The translations under genes were made by a program, and so were the position numbers. Shown here piece after piece: positions 15,218 through 28,010 of a stretch of DNA of 64,000 nucleotides. The stretch's first letter is position 1; every line of letters begins with the position of its first letter. The DNA is taken from assembly GCA_964016885.1 (NCBI GenBank), contig OZ024743.1:154814001-154878000 (forward strand), in the 5' to 3' direction. The notes below the pieces were generated by a model, which worked only from the letters and a program-made list of their open reading frames with translations, ran no database searches and was not told the origin of the DNA. The DNA comes from Eledone cirrhosa (Eukaryota).

Positions 15218-15686
15218 CCCAGAAGATCAAGCAACATATTCAACGCCTAGCTACCACGTGGAAAGGCATCACATATGTATGTCGTTGAAACACGTTGAAA
15301 CACAAACCTATACCTATGTAAATAGGGATTACACTCTCATCATGATACAATCATATTGGCTTTATCTATCGCATTAGATGAAAGCATACCACTATCACAG
15401 GAAACATTCAAACATTGATAAGAAAATTAAAAAGGAGAAATACGGCTCTAAATCTTGTAAAACCGCACGCTCCATGGTGGAATGTTTTGAACTGAAACCA
15501 GATTCAGATTCATGGTATAACCTCTCGATGTGTTTGTGTGACCTCTTCAGGATCCCGTGAACAAAGACCTTCCTACAGATATTCAGCATATCTCTCCAAA
15601 TGCTCTCTTTCGCCATTGATGAACTTGCCTATTCTCGATTTGATTGGATTTGTATTGCTCTGGGTTGGGCCGATGTCTTCATAGAG
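15218..15686. repeat. ~460-bp dispersed duplication of 19406-19859 (includes part of the RTE fragment)
   Basis: Near-identical translations MKAYHY.RKHSNIDK.IKKEKYG at 15378 and 19550. Confidence 0.9.
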
Positions 15687-16612
15687 ATATTAAATCTTAC
15701 ACCACTATTTCAGTACAACCAACTGTGTGTCAGACAAATATATAAAAATAATTTTATTAATTATATAAAAATGCTAATGGTTTAACGCGTTTCCGTTTGT
15801 TAAGGATCAAGCAAACTAATCCTAGAAAAATTTAGAAAAAAGACGAGATGATATTCACGCCAACAATAAAGATTACATTTATTTTTACCTTTAATTTTAT
15901 TAACATCAACGCCATCTCAACTACTACTTCAAAGTAACTGTCCTTCTACTCAACCACTTCTTTCTTTTCCTAGGCAATACGACATATCTTTGCACAATTT
16001 GATCGTGTTTTCCGTCTATTCTGGGAAAGAAAACAAGCTAATAGCTGATCTTACCATTTATACAGCTGTTTATATCGTCCATTGGCGCATTTTCAAAACA
16101 TAAACCACACGAAGGAAACGTTTATAATAAACGGAAATTGAGGAAATCAAACATATTTTGAACAAAACTATTTTGATTGTAATTATGTACAAAACCAATT
16201 TGTATAAAAATAAAGTGCTCAAAACTAAATATACGATAAAATGTATAACTGCATAAATTGACAGATAAAACGAATGCAATAAAAAATTTTCAAGTATCAA
16301 CAAAAGAAAAAAAAAATGTCTTCATTCGTCAAACTGTTTTTAAAAAAAGAAAAACAACGTGGCTGAATTAGTTCTGTACATTAATCAGTTTCTTGGAAAA
16401 TGCCCCATGGATACAAGAAGAATATTGGCTTTCCTGCTGTAAACTCTAATGGTAGCAGCTTTATAAACGATCATACAGCTGGAATTCATGAATTCGAATG
16501 GTTATATGCATTATGACAAACCAATTTGCAAATGTATAATGTTTTATTAAATGTTAATTTTATTTGCAATGTTAATTCTTAAATAAACTAATGATTATAG
16601 GTAAAAGCCAGC

Positions 16613-16670
<58 letters not shown>

Positions 16671-16672
<2 letters not shown>

Positions 16673-18716
16673 GTGGGAAAGTGAAAAATCGGAGAATAGA
16701 CCGTTAAAACATGTTTATTGAAAATATCCCCTACGTACGTTTCGCCCAGTTGGGCTTCTCAAGGGCATAAACAGTCACAAGTGTTCCTTATATAGTTTGG
16801 AAAGAGATTTGGGGGTTAAATCGACATCAAGATTCATTGTTCGCAAAAATATCTTGTTTTGATTTTGCAGCAGGTCAAGGGAGGTAGCTTTGGCTGGTGT
16901 TAGGGCAGTCTTTCCCGGATAATTTTTGGTATGCAGGGATCGTTTTCTGGGTGTTGTTTTGCTGCGCCTGCCCGCCGGGGTGTTAAGACTTGTTGCAGGG
17001 TGATCCAGTGTGTTATTTCACTCTCCATTCTTAACCCATCTAAAGAAGGATATTTTTAAGCGATGTGTACAACTTATCGCTGTTTCAGCTCTGCTGTTGA
17101 TGAGCTAGTGGGGTGCAGTTATGATGTGGTAGAGCTCCATGAGGCAAAGATCGCATTTCCTCTTGAAGTTGTACGGTGCAGCCCTGTCGACAATCTTCCA
17201 GTGCGTGGAGAAGCTAATGTTTAAGTCCTTTAGTGATGTGATGTAGTCCGCGAGCGAGGTGGAGTGCCTTAGTTTTCTATTTGTGAAAGAGTGGAGATGT
17301 GTTCGAAACCTAATTTTGAACGGGCCGGAGGTGGCCCCTATATAATGTTTAACGCTATTGTGGCTAGTAATAGTGCATCTATATATAACCCTATCGGTCA
17401 AGCAGTATCATCTAAGGGGGCACCGTCCTCTGTCGCGGCAGTTGCAATTTCTGTCGCTGTTTCGTCTATTTCCCACGATAAGGCTATCATTGTTGCTGCC
17501 TACGTTGTTTGCTGTGCTACCGCAGCTGTCGTTAGCACAATTACAACCCACAGCACGCGGGATGGTGCGATTGTTATTCCGCACGCCATGTTTTGCATGC
17601 TCCCCAGTCACTTCGCGGTCATTCTGGTTGCGTCTGCGGATGCCGTTGCCAACACTATTGGATGCTGTCAGGGAGTTGTTAAGGCCGATACAGTTATTGT
17701 CAGGTGTAGGTGCGTCTGCGTCGAGGTGCTGTGTCTTGGTGATCTTACTGTGGTTCGTTGTTCCTATGATGTCTGCTAGGTTAGGAGTAGTAGAGAAGGA
17801 TATGTTTATATTGTTCCTATTAAGAATGTTTCTATACCTATGGTTGGGTGGGAAGTTCTTCTCTAAGGCTTCGAAGAATATCCGGGGTATGTTGGAGGCC
17901 ACACTTCGAGAGTAGGGGGGGGGGGGGGGGTGGAACCATAGGACGTTACGGTGGCGATTACGTGTCCTTGTACTTTTGCTACGGGTGGTTCCATCTAAGT
18001 GATCGCTCTTATGTGTGTTAATGCGCCGTCGCCCGTTCGGTGCCCCTTTCACTTTATGCTCGGGTGCACTCTTTCTACCACTTCCATGTTTATGTACACG
18101 AAGATGTTGGTTGGAAGGCGTTGGTAGTAGGCCGTCGCCTTTGTTGGTTTTGTAATAGGGGAATAGTTTGAGTAATCTACAGTATTCACCGTCGCCGGGG
18201 ACGTGATCTTTGGTGCGGTTATCTATTCTATTATATCCGACTTTACCGAGGTCGCCGCGTGATTGGTTATAGGTATGGCTTACTATAACGTTAGTTTTAT
18301 GAGGGGGGTGGTTTCTAGAGCTAGCGTTAGGGATGTAGGAAATTCCTCGGTTAAAGCCGGCGCTTATCAGGGCCCTATTGTAGTAATCAGCCGCTTGGTT
18401 GAAGATATCCTCATTGGCGGATAGTCTTGAGATTATATGTGAGATACTATAGACTATGGAGTTGAGAGTCTGCTTAGGGTGGTTGGAGGCATAATTAATA
18501 TAAGAGAGGCACTCTCCAGGCTTATGGTATGGTTTGTATAAGCCCGTACTCAACTCCAGGGTCACGTCCAGGAAGTTGACAAACCTGTGGTTGAGGTCCA
18601 TAGTTACGGATAGGCCGTATGACTTAAAGAACCTGTGTATATGTTTGTTAAGGTTCTCTATCCTACGGGGGCTATGGTTCCTAACGGTAAACAAGGCGTC
18701 GTCCCTATATATACCT
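16671..18716 (-). mobile_element. Naiad-like Penelope element, 5'-truncated (RT C-half + linker + GIY-YIG + 3' region with hammerhead)
   Basis: One continuous frame from ~18715 to 17018 with two internal stops (TGA 17408, TAG 17105). It encodes GIYRDDAL, VNFLDVTL, PYHKP, SNHP, LWFHPP, CNCRDRGRCPL, VIYRCTI...HYIGATSGPFKIRFRTH and KCDLCLME. Flanked by (TA)n. Confidence 0.92.
16725..16769 (-). ncRNA. Minimal hammerhead ribozyme, U3:A8 variant, in the 3' region of a Naiad-like PLE
   Basis: UAUGCCC-UUGAGAA-GCCC(aacu)GGGC-GAAA-CGUACG-UA-GGGGAUA: perfect 4-bp stem II, palindromic stem III, stem I with 6 of 7 pairs. Confidence 0.85.
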
Positions 18717-19689
18717 ATATATATATATATTTTTTTTTTTTATATATATATAAAAACACACACACCCACACAAATATATATATACCAAATAAAATAAACT
18801 GAGAGAAAACTATAAACTTGAGGGATAATAGAAGATTGGTATATCACTTTGGTAAAAACAAAGAATACAGGGAAAATAAAAACTACGTATATAACAGATA
18901 CAAATAAAAAAAAATACAAAAAAAAATGAAAAATAAAAAGTAAAGATAAGGAGCATGTTAGCAGGTTTTATATGGATGTGGTTTTAAGCGGTCAGATTAA
19001 CTCACAGCTCATTGGTTAATTGTGCGTCATTTTCCGTTGTCGGGCATGTCGCATACTTATGGTACCGTTGAGCAGTGGTATGGTAATTTCGCAATAACAA
19101 ATCAACTATTGATGATAGCGATTTCAAGACATAATTAATTACATTTTAAGCGATAAAACATATTTTAAATCTTCTAATAAAACCTATTATATTGATTATC
19201 CAGTTAATCATCCTTTATCCGCTATTAATACTCCAAGAAATACTAGCTACGGAATTTTCCGCAGTCCACCCGCCGAAAAACGTAACTAAGTAAACATCCT
19301 ATTGAGTCAGCTAGCATTGCAAGTTGAAAACTTCCTCGGTAAAGATTACGCGTAATCTGACCTTAGAAACCTTAAACGGTATGTCGTTTACTTTGATACT
19401 CCGCTCCCAGAAGGTCAAGCAACACATTCAACGCCCAGCTACAACATGGAAAAGCATCACATATGTCGTTGAAACACAAACCTATACCTACCAATAGGGA
19501 TTACATTCTCCTCATGATACACTCATATTGATTTTATCTATCGCATGAGATGAAAGCATACCACTATGGCAGGAAACATTCAAACATTGATAAGAACATT
19601 AAAAAGGAGAAATACGGCTGTAAATCTTGTAAAAACTCACGCTCCATGGTGGATTCTTTTGAACTGAAACCAGATGCAGATTCATGGTA

Positions 19690-20200
19690 TAACCTCTCGA
19701 TGAGTTTCTGTGACCTCTTCAGGATCACGCGAGCAAAGACCGTCCTACAGATATTCAGCATATCTCTCCAAATGATCTCTTTCGCCTTTGATGAACTTGC
19801 CTATTCTCGATTTGATTGGATTTGTATTACTCTGGGTTGGGCCGATGTCTTCATTGAGACCCTCATATATACCCCGAATAATTACCTGTATCAAATGACA
19901 GATGCTTGCCTTTTCAGTAGTCATTTGCACAGCGTCTCGCAATCATTTCTTTGTTTTTCCTAGTTAATCACATTGCCAGCAGGTTTGCCCTGGTGGGCTT
20001 GTGTTTTTGCTTCAAAAATACGTCTTGCTTCTTCTCCATTGTCGCATTGATCTCATTTGCGCTCGCCTCAAACAAGTACTGTGTCATCCTTTGCTTCTTC
20101 CCGAGGTTTGTCAATGCAGCCCTATCGAGAGTGTCCCATCTCTACTGAATATCACCTTCCGGAGGATCTTCATGGAGGGCGTCCGCCAGTGACATAAGGT
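19690..20200 (-). mobile_element. RTE-clade LINE fragment (EN-RT linker)
   Basis: WDTLDRAALTNLGKKQRMTQYLFEAS...KHKPTRANL and RGIYEGLNEDIGPTQSNTNPIKSRIG...LERYAEYL resemble the RTE/BovB linker region. Confidence 0.6.
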
Positions 20201-20375
20201 TTGCAACTACTTTGCCTGACTGCAAAGTAGCAGTACCATCTATTCGCTGCTTGCCCGGATGCTTGACGTAGTGAATCAGTTTTGGTTGGAGTTGGAAATT
20301 GCAGCAATATATATATATATACATCATCGTCATATACTTAGCTGTTATATTGTTGGCAGCATTTCCCTCCCATAG

Positions 20376-20406
<31 letters not shown>

Positions 20407-20411
20407 CAACA

Positions 20412-20572
<161 letters not shown>

Positions 20573-21299
20573 GTACGTGAATGGTTGGGTAGTTTGAGAC
20601 TCAACATAACATTTGAAATATGTTATTTCATCTAGGTAAATGATTTAATCACTGAGTGCTTCGGTGTTTATCATCACGACACGGAAATCATGACTTGCAA
20701 TATATCACACAAACACAATATGTAACATACACCTGAAATAACCTTATAGAAAGATAAAATGATTTGCGGATTATTGCTTTCACATCATATTGAATTATAT
20801 ATAACAATTCCCTTAGCTACAAATATATGACAGTGATTGACTTCATGAAGCATATGCGTCTATTAAAAATGGATATATCAACCACGATATCTATTATATA
20901 AACGAAAAATGCACCAATTTTAGAAAGGTAGCGAAAGATCGCTTCAAGTTAATCTACTAAAGGACGCTTAAAAACATTGCATGCTCTATTCATTAGATAC
21001 ACGAGAAACATATATTGTGCTGGCGTTGCCCATTATGCGACGTATTTAACGGTTGTCTGTCCTTACACTCTATATAAATTATCGGATAAATATTGAAAGT
21101 GAGGCATTCAGTGAATGGAATGAAAGATGTGTTAGCTTGTTAAAGAGTAGGTTTAGAGGGTTGGATACGACGGTTCAGGGGATTTCAATACGTAATAGGG
21201 CCGAGGTAGACCAAATGTAGGTGAGTTCCATGAAATGTATATCATCCCACCTGCAGATATATCAGTAGATAATTTCGTTGTAATCTTCAGACGATATTA

Positions 21300-22225
21300 A
21301 CAGATGTTTTTAACTAGGGAATTAGGGTGTGATATTAAATATAATTTTAGTAGTATTGAAACATACGAGCTATGACCGTGCAATATCGGTTCATTGTTAG
21401 ATAGACTTAGACTTATAGTTGGAGGAGTTGAGTGAGTAATGATATAAGGATCTGTTTCCCCACAATCATCTTGATATTAAGGTTGCAAAAACGCCATAGC
21501 GAAATGGGTAAATAATTGGGGCTAATATGTGCACGAACAGAAAGAGGGATATTTCAGTTGATGAGGTTGTAGGGGTGATTAATTGGGCATCAAACTTGCA
21601 AATATCTGAATGGATGTGAAGTGGCCTTATGAATGTTTTACTAGATCATGCAGAATGGGCATAATAAAAAAAAATATGTATGGCTTTTCTAACCAATACC
21701 CTGATTTGAACGAGAAAGTTATCGGTATATTAATAAACCTATTTTTAAAAAAAGATAAGATTAAATGCTTTATTTAGGAACGACAAGGGTTTCATGTCTA
21801 CCATATGGTTCAATGGCTATACTAACTTGACAAAGGATAAACGAGAACAGGCTATCCGGTTTATATTGAATATTCCTTACGTTGCTTTTGCAGGTAGAGT
21901 TTATTCTTGCAGGTCAGAAGCATACCAATGGGCAATTTATATTTATCATCATATGAGTTTCACTACCTGGTAGGTTTAAGACAGATAGGGAGAATAGGCC
22001 TGATTAAGTAGTTGGGTGGATGGTGTATAGACATATATGTTCTTAATTACGGGTACTTAGAACTTTTACTATCCGGAGAATCTAGTGGCGAAAAGGAATA
22101 TTTGCGAGTTTAACTATTTAGATGTCACTATTGAGAGGTATGATGAGTCGTTTATGACAAATGTCTGCAATCATATTTTGGATTTTAGTTTTAATGTAGC
22201 ATGGATGACCTCCTCATCCAGCTGT
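21300..22225 (+). mobile_element. Highly degenerate Penelope-like RT (non-Naiad type)
   Basis: Fragments AIRFILNIPYVAFAGRVY, QVRSIPMG, YLSSYEF, YYPENL, NYLDVTI and DFSFNV occur in PLE RT order. Confidence 0.55.
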
Positions 22226-22227
22226 AT

Positions 22228-22267
22228 ATTTTATATTTCACGCACAGTTGTGCGTGAAATATAAAAT
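22228..22267. repeat. Perfect palindrome, 19-bp arms with 2-nt loop
   Basis: attttatatttcacgcaca-gt-tgtgcgtgaaatataaaat. Confidence 0.95.
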
Positions 22268-22989
22268 GTTCTCAAATTAAACGATGGATTTGCCAAATAA
22301 ATGTATTTAACATGTAGTGGAACAGTTATATGACACAAATTTGTGATACAGCATTTTCTTTGTAGTCTTGATATTAAAAGTTCTAGAGTTCGGAGGTTTT
22401 TTCACTTTGTAACTGGAATGTGTATGGCAATTAGGAGAGATTGCAGTTCTATTTTTTTTTTTTTTAACGATACATTTATATACTATTTTCCATCAAGGAG
22501 TAAGATTTGATTTAGTTGCAGGTTTATCGGAGTTAGGGGGAATAATTAATTCTCTCATTGACAGTCATAGGCAGTATTCTTTCAGATTACACCAAATAAA
22601 TGTCGGTGTCTTTAATGGCGTTCCGTTTAACCGCTCTTCTTTTGGTGATAGGGTTATAGGCTATAGTTTATGTTTAAACATAGAACAACATCTCTTAGCG
22701 TTGTGGTGGTTGAAGTTCGAGATAATGCTATAGGTGGGGGAATGGGAGTGGATTTTTGCACGAATAGTCTTTCTTTCTTTCCACCCGTCTTTCTTTCTTT
22801 TTTATTCCTTTTTTTTAAATGTTGCCGGACACCTGGTTAATTTTAATTGGACATGACTTAAGAAAGATAGATATTCCAGTAAATGAGTTTAATTTCGTAA
22901 ATTAATTTGGCAAATGTCCAATTTCTTATTTTGATCTTATTTCTGTAGTTACACGTATGTGTGTATATATGTATATATATATATATATA

Positions 22990-23690
22990 TAGCTCTGGTT
23001 CATCCGAACCATTGAGCACTTTGCCGCACATTTCGAAGATTGATTTTCGTTATTTCGTGGGCCAGAGTTTCGATTCTCGATAATTTTATTTGTATTTATC
23101 TCGACTCTAGCTATTGATCAGTTAATTTTATTGATATTTTTAGTGGATTCTATTGACAGATGAATAGCTTATGTTAACTTTAACTCGTCTTTTGAGAACT
23201 CTAATTCGATTTGTGATATTTTGTATTCTTACAATAACTGAATTCATTCGCCTAATATAGGGGTTGCCTCCCTTGCTGATCCCCACGTGGATTCAGTAAA
23301 AGGCTTCATCTGTATTATTGAACTAAAAGCCTGTTGAAAAAGCGAATTCCTGGTTCATCATCTTACCAGAAGCCGGACATTATTTTATGTAGGAGGACGG
23401 TACCTGATTTCGGAGTCGCAGAAAACCAAATGCTGGATTTTACCACCTTTCCTGGGGGCCCGGGCAAATTTTTCAATCATGTATATTTTTATTTGTTTGA
23501 CCCGAATTACTTGATCGTATTTTTTGGCTGTGCGAATGATTGTTTAAGGATCGTCTCAGTGTGTTTGGTATTAAACTTTAGTTATAGCTCTGGTTCATCC
23601 GAACCATTGGGCACTTTGTCGCACATTTCGAAGATTGTTTTTCGTTATTTCGTGGACCGAAGTTTCGATTCTCGATAATTTTATTTGTAT
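22990..23690. repeat. ~105-bp direct repeat (22990-23094 and 23585-23689)
   Basis: agctctggttcatccgaaccattg.gcactttg.cgcacatttcgaagattg... is present twice, ~595 bp apart. Confidence 0.85.
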
Positions 23691-23741
23691 ATATATATAT
23701 ATATTAAAATACAAATATTAATAACATAGATGTTCTTTTTA

Positions 23742-23810
23742 TCAATTATATTTTATTATACATATTTCAGATGTACAACAGTACGTCCTCATCAGACAAA
23801 ATATAATGAT
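23742..23810 (-). ncRNA. Minimal type-I hammerhead ribozyme
   Basis: AUUAUAUUUUGU-CUGAUGA-GGACGUAC(uguu)GUACAUCU-GAAA-UAUGUA-UA-AUAAAAUAUAAU: ~12-bp stem I, stem II with 7 of 8 pairs. Confidence 0.85.
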
Positions 23811-23942
23811 ACATGAAATACCCTGAGATGTTAAATGGTTAAGATTTAATCAATATTTTATCATTTATTAATATTTGTATTTTAATATTAATAACTCTGG
23901 AAAATTATCTTTCATAGAGTGCTTCCAATCTAATGTATATAT

Positions 23943-23991
23943 CAATATTCAATGAGTATATCTCATTCTTTGATATACTCATTGAATATTG
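23943..23991. repeat. Perfect hairpin, 20-bp arms
   Basis: caatattcaatgagtatatc-(9 nt)-gatatactcattgaatattg. Confidence 0.95.
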
Positions 23992-24015
23992 TTTAACTCT
24001 TTAATATATATATAT

Positions 24016-24099
24016 ATAGGAACGAGTAGGACCCAGACGGCTGAGCACAAGCCGTCGAAACCGCTTGAGCTCAGCCGTCCGGGTCCTACTCGTTCCTAT
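24016..24099. repeat. GC-rich hairpin, ~37-bp arms with 2 mismatches
   Basis: ataggaacgagtaggacccagacggctgagcacaagc-cgtcgaaacc-gcttgagctcagccgtccgggtcctactcgttcctat. Confidence 0.95.
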
Positions 24100-24175
24100 T
24101 ACCCACTCTACTACCCTAAGTATTGAGTACTTTGGTGCGTTATGGTCCACCTGGTTCCTTGCCACATTTCCTTCG

Positions 24176-24251
<76 letters not shown>

Positions 24252-24663
24252 ATTCTTGGGGAGGGTCATATTATTGTAATAATATTGCCAGAAATAATAA
24301 CTGAACACACTCACAAATATATACTCACAAGTATATATATATGTGTGTGTATATATATATGTATAAAATAAAATAAAATAAATAAGTCAAATATTTAAAA
24401 TTTCTCTTCGTTTATTAAAGGTGAAATGCTATATATACAAGCAACATATACTAACATATATATATATATATATATATGTATGTGTATATAAAATAATTGT
24501 CTTGCCTCATACACATTTCTATAGAATATCGTTTGTTCAAACTCATATCATTCCAGTTCCTCAGAGGAATAACAACACATCCAGGAGCTGGACATATCGT
24601 TGTATTGACGGCGTAAAACACACTTCAACAACATGTGTACCTGTCTTTCCCACACCAATTCAG

Positions 24664-24718
24664 ACTGCCTAAAGAGGTCACAGCCAATGATGGTTCTCAC
24701 CGAAATATATATAGCAGT
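24664..24718 (+). ncRNA. Hammerhead ribozyme relic (G5A core mutation)
   Basis: ACUGC-CUAAAGA-GGU...ACC-GAAA-UAUAUA-UA-GCAGU, with a perfect 5-bp stem I. Confidence 0.7.
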
Positions 24719-24874
24719 ATATCCAGTATATCTATAATTTATAATAACCGAAGCAACATTTTACATATTTGACTTAATTATTTTAAATTACTCCTGAGTA
24801 AATAAACCACACTGCGTACTTCGTCGAGTACTCCAAATTGCATACTGAGGTGTCGGTAAACAACCCACATATAT

Positions 24875-24942
<68 letters not shown>

Positions 24943-25603
24943 CATAAGGACATACGTATATATTTAGACATATATTTAGACATAGTCACATATACATATA
25001 TGAGTGTGGCTACCTTTCACGGTGAGGCTAAATGACAAATTTAATTAAGCAAATAATTATTAATCAGAACTATATATAAGATTACAAGTTTGAAGAATTA
25101 TTAGATAAAATATACACAGTCTTTCTTCTCCCTCGTCCGTAGAAATCAACCATATAGCTAATCATTTAAACAAGGCTATATGTTTAAAATGTAACTATGA
25201 AGAAATAATAAACAAATGATACAGACTATTTACCGCGAGGAAGAGTCAGATGAAAATTATATAGTTAATCCTTTTAGCCCGTAGAAATTAACTATACAAA
25301 TAATCAATTAAACGGAGCTAGGTCTAAAACATAAGTTAGAAGTAAAAATGCATATAAACTTTACCAACATTCCTCTAGTCTCGACTATCGACAGTTCCGA
25401 TAGTTATTTGTAGATATAACCGATCCTTCTATTATCCATGAGGATTCAGTATTATCAAGAGACTCTTTAAGTTTGGACTAACATTTCTACAGTCATCACC
25501 GCCAGAAATGAATTCAAAATGATTATTAATATGGTTGATTTCTACGAACTAGTGAGAGGAAAGTCTGTGTATATTTTATCTAATAATTCTACAAACTTGC
25601 AAT

Positions 25604-25656
<53 letters not shown>

Positions 25657-25662
25657 AGAGAG

Positions 25663-25712
<50 letters not shown>

Positions 25713-25764
25713 GGAGAGAGAGAGAGATTATATATACATATACACACACACACTCACGCACACG

Positions 25765-25802
<38 letters not shown>

Positions 25803-27029
25803 CAACCCCTCTCGTACCACTTCCACTTCTTTTTCAGTTGTTGACGAGATTGGTCTTAAAGAACAAGGTTCATCTTCAACATATCCTTGACATTATTTGA
25901 CAACATTGTATCACTTAAAAACATGAACAAATTAAAAGTTTCAGTGGCAGTGTTTTGAGTTTCAGTCAAAATTTAATCGGGTGTTTTTCGATATTTTCTT
26001 GCATCGTAAACTCAACAGAGGCTATAATCACGTCTATACATAAACAGCAATAACACACAACTGACTCAATCTATCATGGTGAATCAAGTATGTACGTGCA
26101 ACCATGTTCATACACAGCACGCATATATGCATGATATATATGCTGCTTTGACACGTCGTAACTGGGGTAATCAGTACGTTTACTTTCGGGACACACTTCG
26201 TACAATGAATTGATTTCACAATTAGAGATGAAATGAAAACCAAATTCTACTTTGCTCACCTCTGCATCGAAGATGTATATCACCAGTATTCTATGATAAT
26301 TACTGAATATTCAAAGTTCCTTCCTCGGAATCATATCCACAAAGAAATTTGTTCTTACGTATTTTTTTATGTTTTAGTACATTGTAGATAAATATGCTCT
26401 TGTTCTTACGATTTTGAACAGCATATTTAAAACAAAACAGATAGGTCGTTGTTTCATTTGTGTTTAAGACGAATACGTGAAAATAAAAATATCCCATAAA
26501 GCTACTGAAACCACAGGTTTGAATGAACACAAAAGCATGCCGGTCGAATAAGTCGACGTGATTTTATAGAATTAATCAATCGAATATGGGTGCCTTATTT
26601 TACGGTATCATTCTACAATGAAAAAAAAATGCAACAATAATTGATGTATAATAATATTGTACTTATACTCTTTAAGAAGATCCAAATGATAGTGTAACAT
26701 TTGGTGTAAGAGATAATATACTGCGCTTCGTGTCTTCTTTTAAGGAATTAAAACTAATGTAAACATATTTTCTGCTACACGAGAAGTAATTGTTGGTACC
26801 TAATGAAATAGATATTTCTGTTACTGAAACATATCATTCAGCATTCGTTAGTCTAACAATAGTAGGTTCAAAACTATTGGAAATAGAAAACCCTGTGGGT
26901 AAAAGGTTGACTATTCGATAATTGTGCTTGAAAGAACCTCATGCAGATTGTCTTTAACATTCAGCGTTTTGGGAGAGTAAATGATAGGTTGTGAGAAGCC
27001 GCTGTTAGCTAACACCGTGTTACTCTCCC

Positions 27030-28010
27030 ACTAACAACAACAGCAATAAGAAAACAACGCGCTAACAATAAACAAACTATCTGGTTCTATCCTCCCTTCT
27101 CACTCAGCGTTAAAACCAATGTAGGCAAACATTTTGTAGCCCTCTTAGATATACACTTTCCCATAGGCCATACATACCGCTCCATCTTTAACTGACACAA
27201 AGTAAAACTAGGATACTCCTGCGCTAAGAACAGGAAGGCCCACATAACCAACATTCCTAAGAGCAACACCCCACCAGGGTGCTCTTGCCGTACGCCCGAA
27301 GCTTGTCCACTTCAACAGCAATGCAACACACCCACTGTAGTTTATGAAGCTGTGGTCACTTCCAACCGACCAAATCAACCACAAGTGGTCAAATCCTATG
27401 TGGGTAAGGTGGAGGGCCTATTTAAGGAACGCTTCCTGAACTACCAGTCGACCTTTAGGTATACGGACAGACGTTCATCCACGAAACTCATAAGCCATGT
27501 ATGGTCCCTCAAAGACTCAAGAATAGACTACTCCATTCAATGGAAAGCCATCACTAAGTCCAAGCCATACGCAAGGGGAAATCCGTCCTGTGGGTTATGT
27601 ATTGTTGAGCGAATAAACATTCTAAAGATATTGCACAATAGCTATTGCCTAAACCCGAGGAATGAATTCTTAATACGTTGTCCACACGTCTGGAAATACC
27701 TCTTACATAACTACAAAGCTCCGGATTGAATTACAACAACATCCTAATTTTCTTATCTACTAGAAACTTTCGAACTTTCGCAGTTATCTCCCTTACACAT
27801 CTCGCACGCAATTTAGTATTGCCTGAGAGAAGTGACCGTTTCTGCGCATGCGCGTTCGTACGATTGTGCTTGCTGTTCCGTATAACCATGTCCATTACGA
27901 GCTGGGGATCCGCTAAGGTGAAACAATTGTTCTCGGTATGGTGAACTAACTGTTGTGTAACCACTTCTACTTAACTCGTAGGATGGACTGAGTGCTCTAC
28001 CACTACGGAT
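27030..28010 (+). mobile_element. Naiad-like Penelope 3' fragment (GIY-YIG endonuclease + 3' region)
   Basis: WFYPPFSLSVKTNVGKHF...GCSCRTPEACPL...VVYEAVV...SYVGKVEGLFKERFLNY...CGLCIVE...LNPRNEFLIRCPH (ORF 27352..27729). Confidence 0.9.
27892..27941 (+). ncRNA. Hammerhead ribozyme relic in PLE 3' region
   Basis: CCAUUACGAG-CUGGGGA-UCC(gcuaa)GGU-GAAA-CAAUUG-UU-CUCGGUAUGG. Core carries A6G; stem III is palindromic. Confidence 0.65.

Noticed and set aside
17408-17410. In-frame TGA in the Naiad-like ORF as selenocysteine (some Naiads are reported to encode selenoproteins)
   Set aside because: It falls at the Gly position of CPL-x-G-x-CL (GGA to TGA), not at a Cys. A TAG also interrupts the frame at 17105, and I see no SECIS-like AUGA/AA/GA hairpin in 16770-17017.
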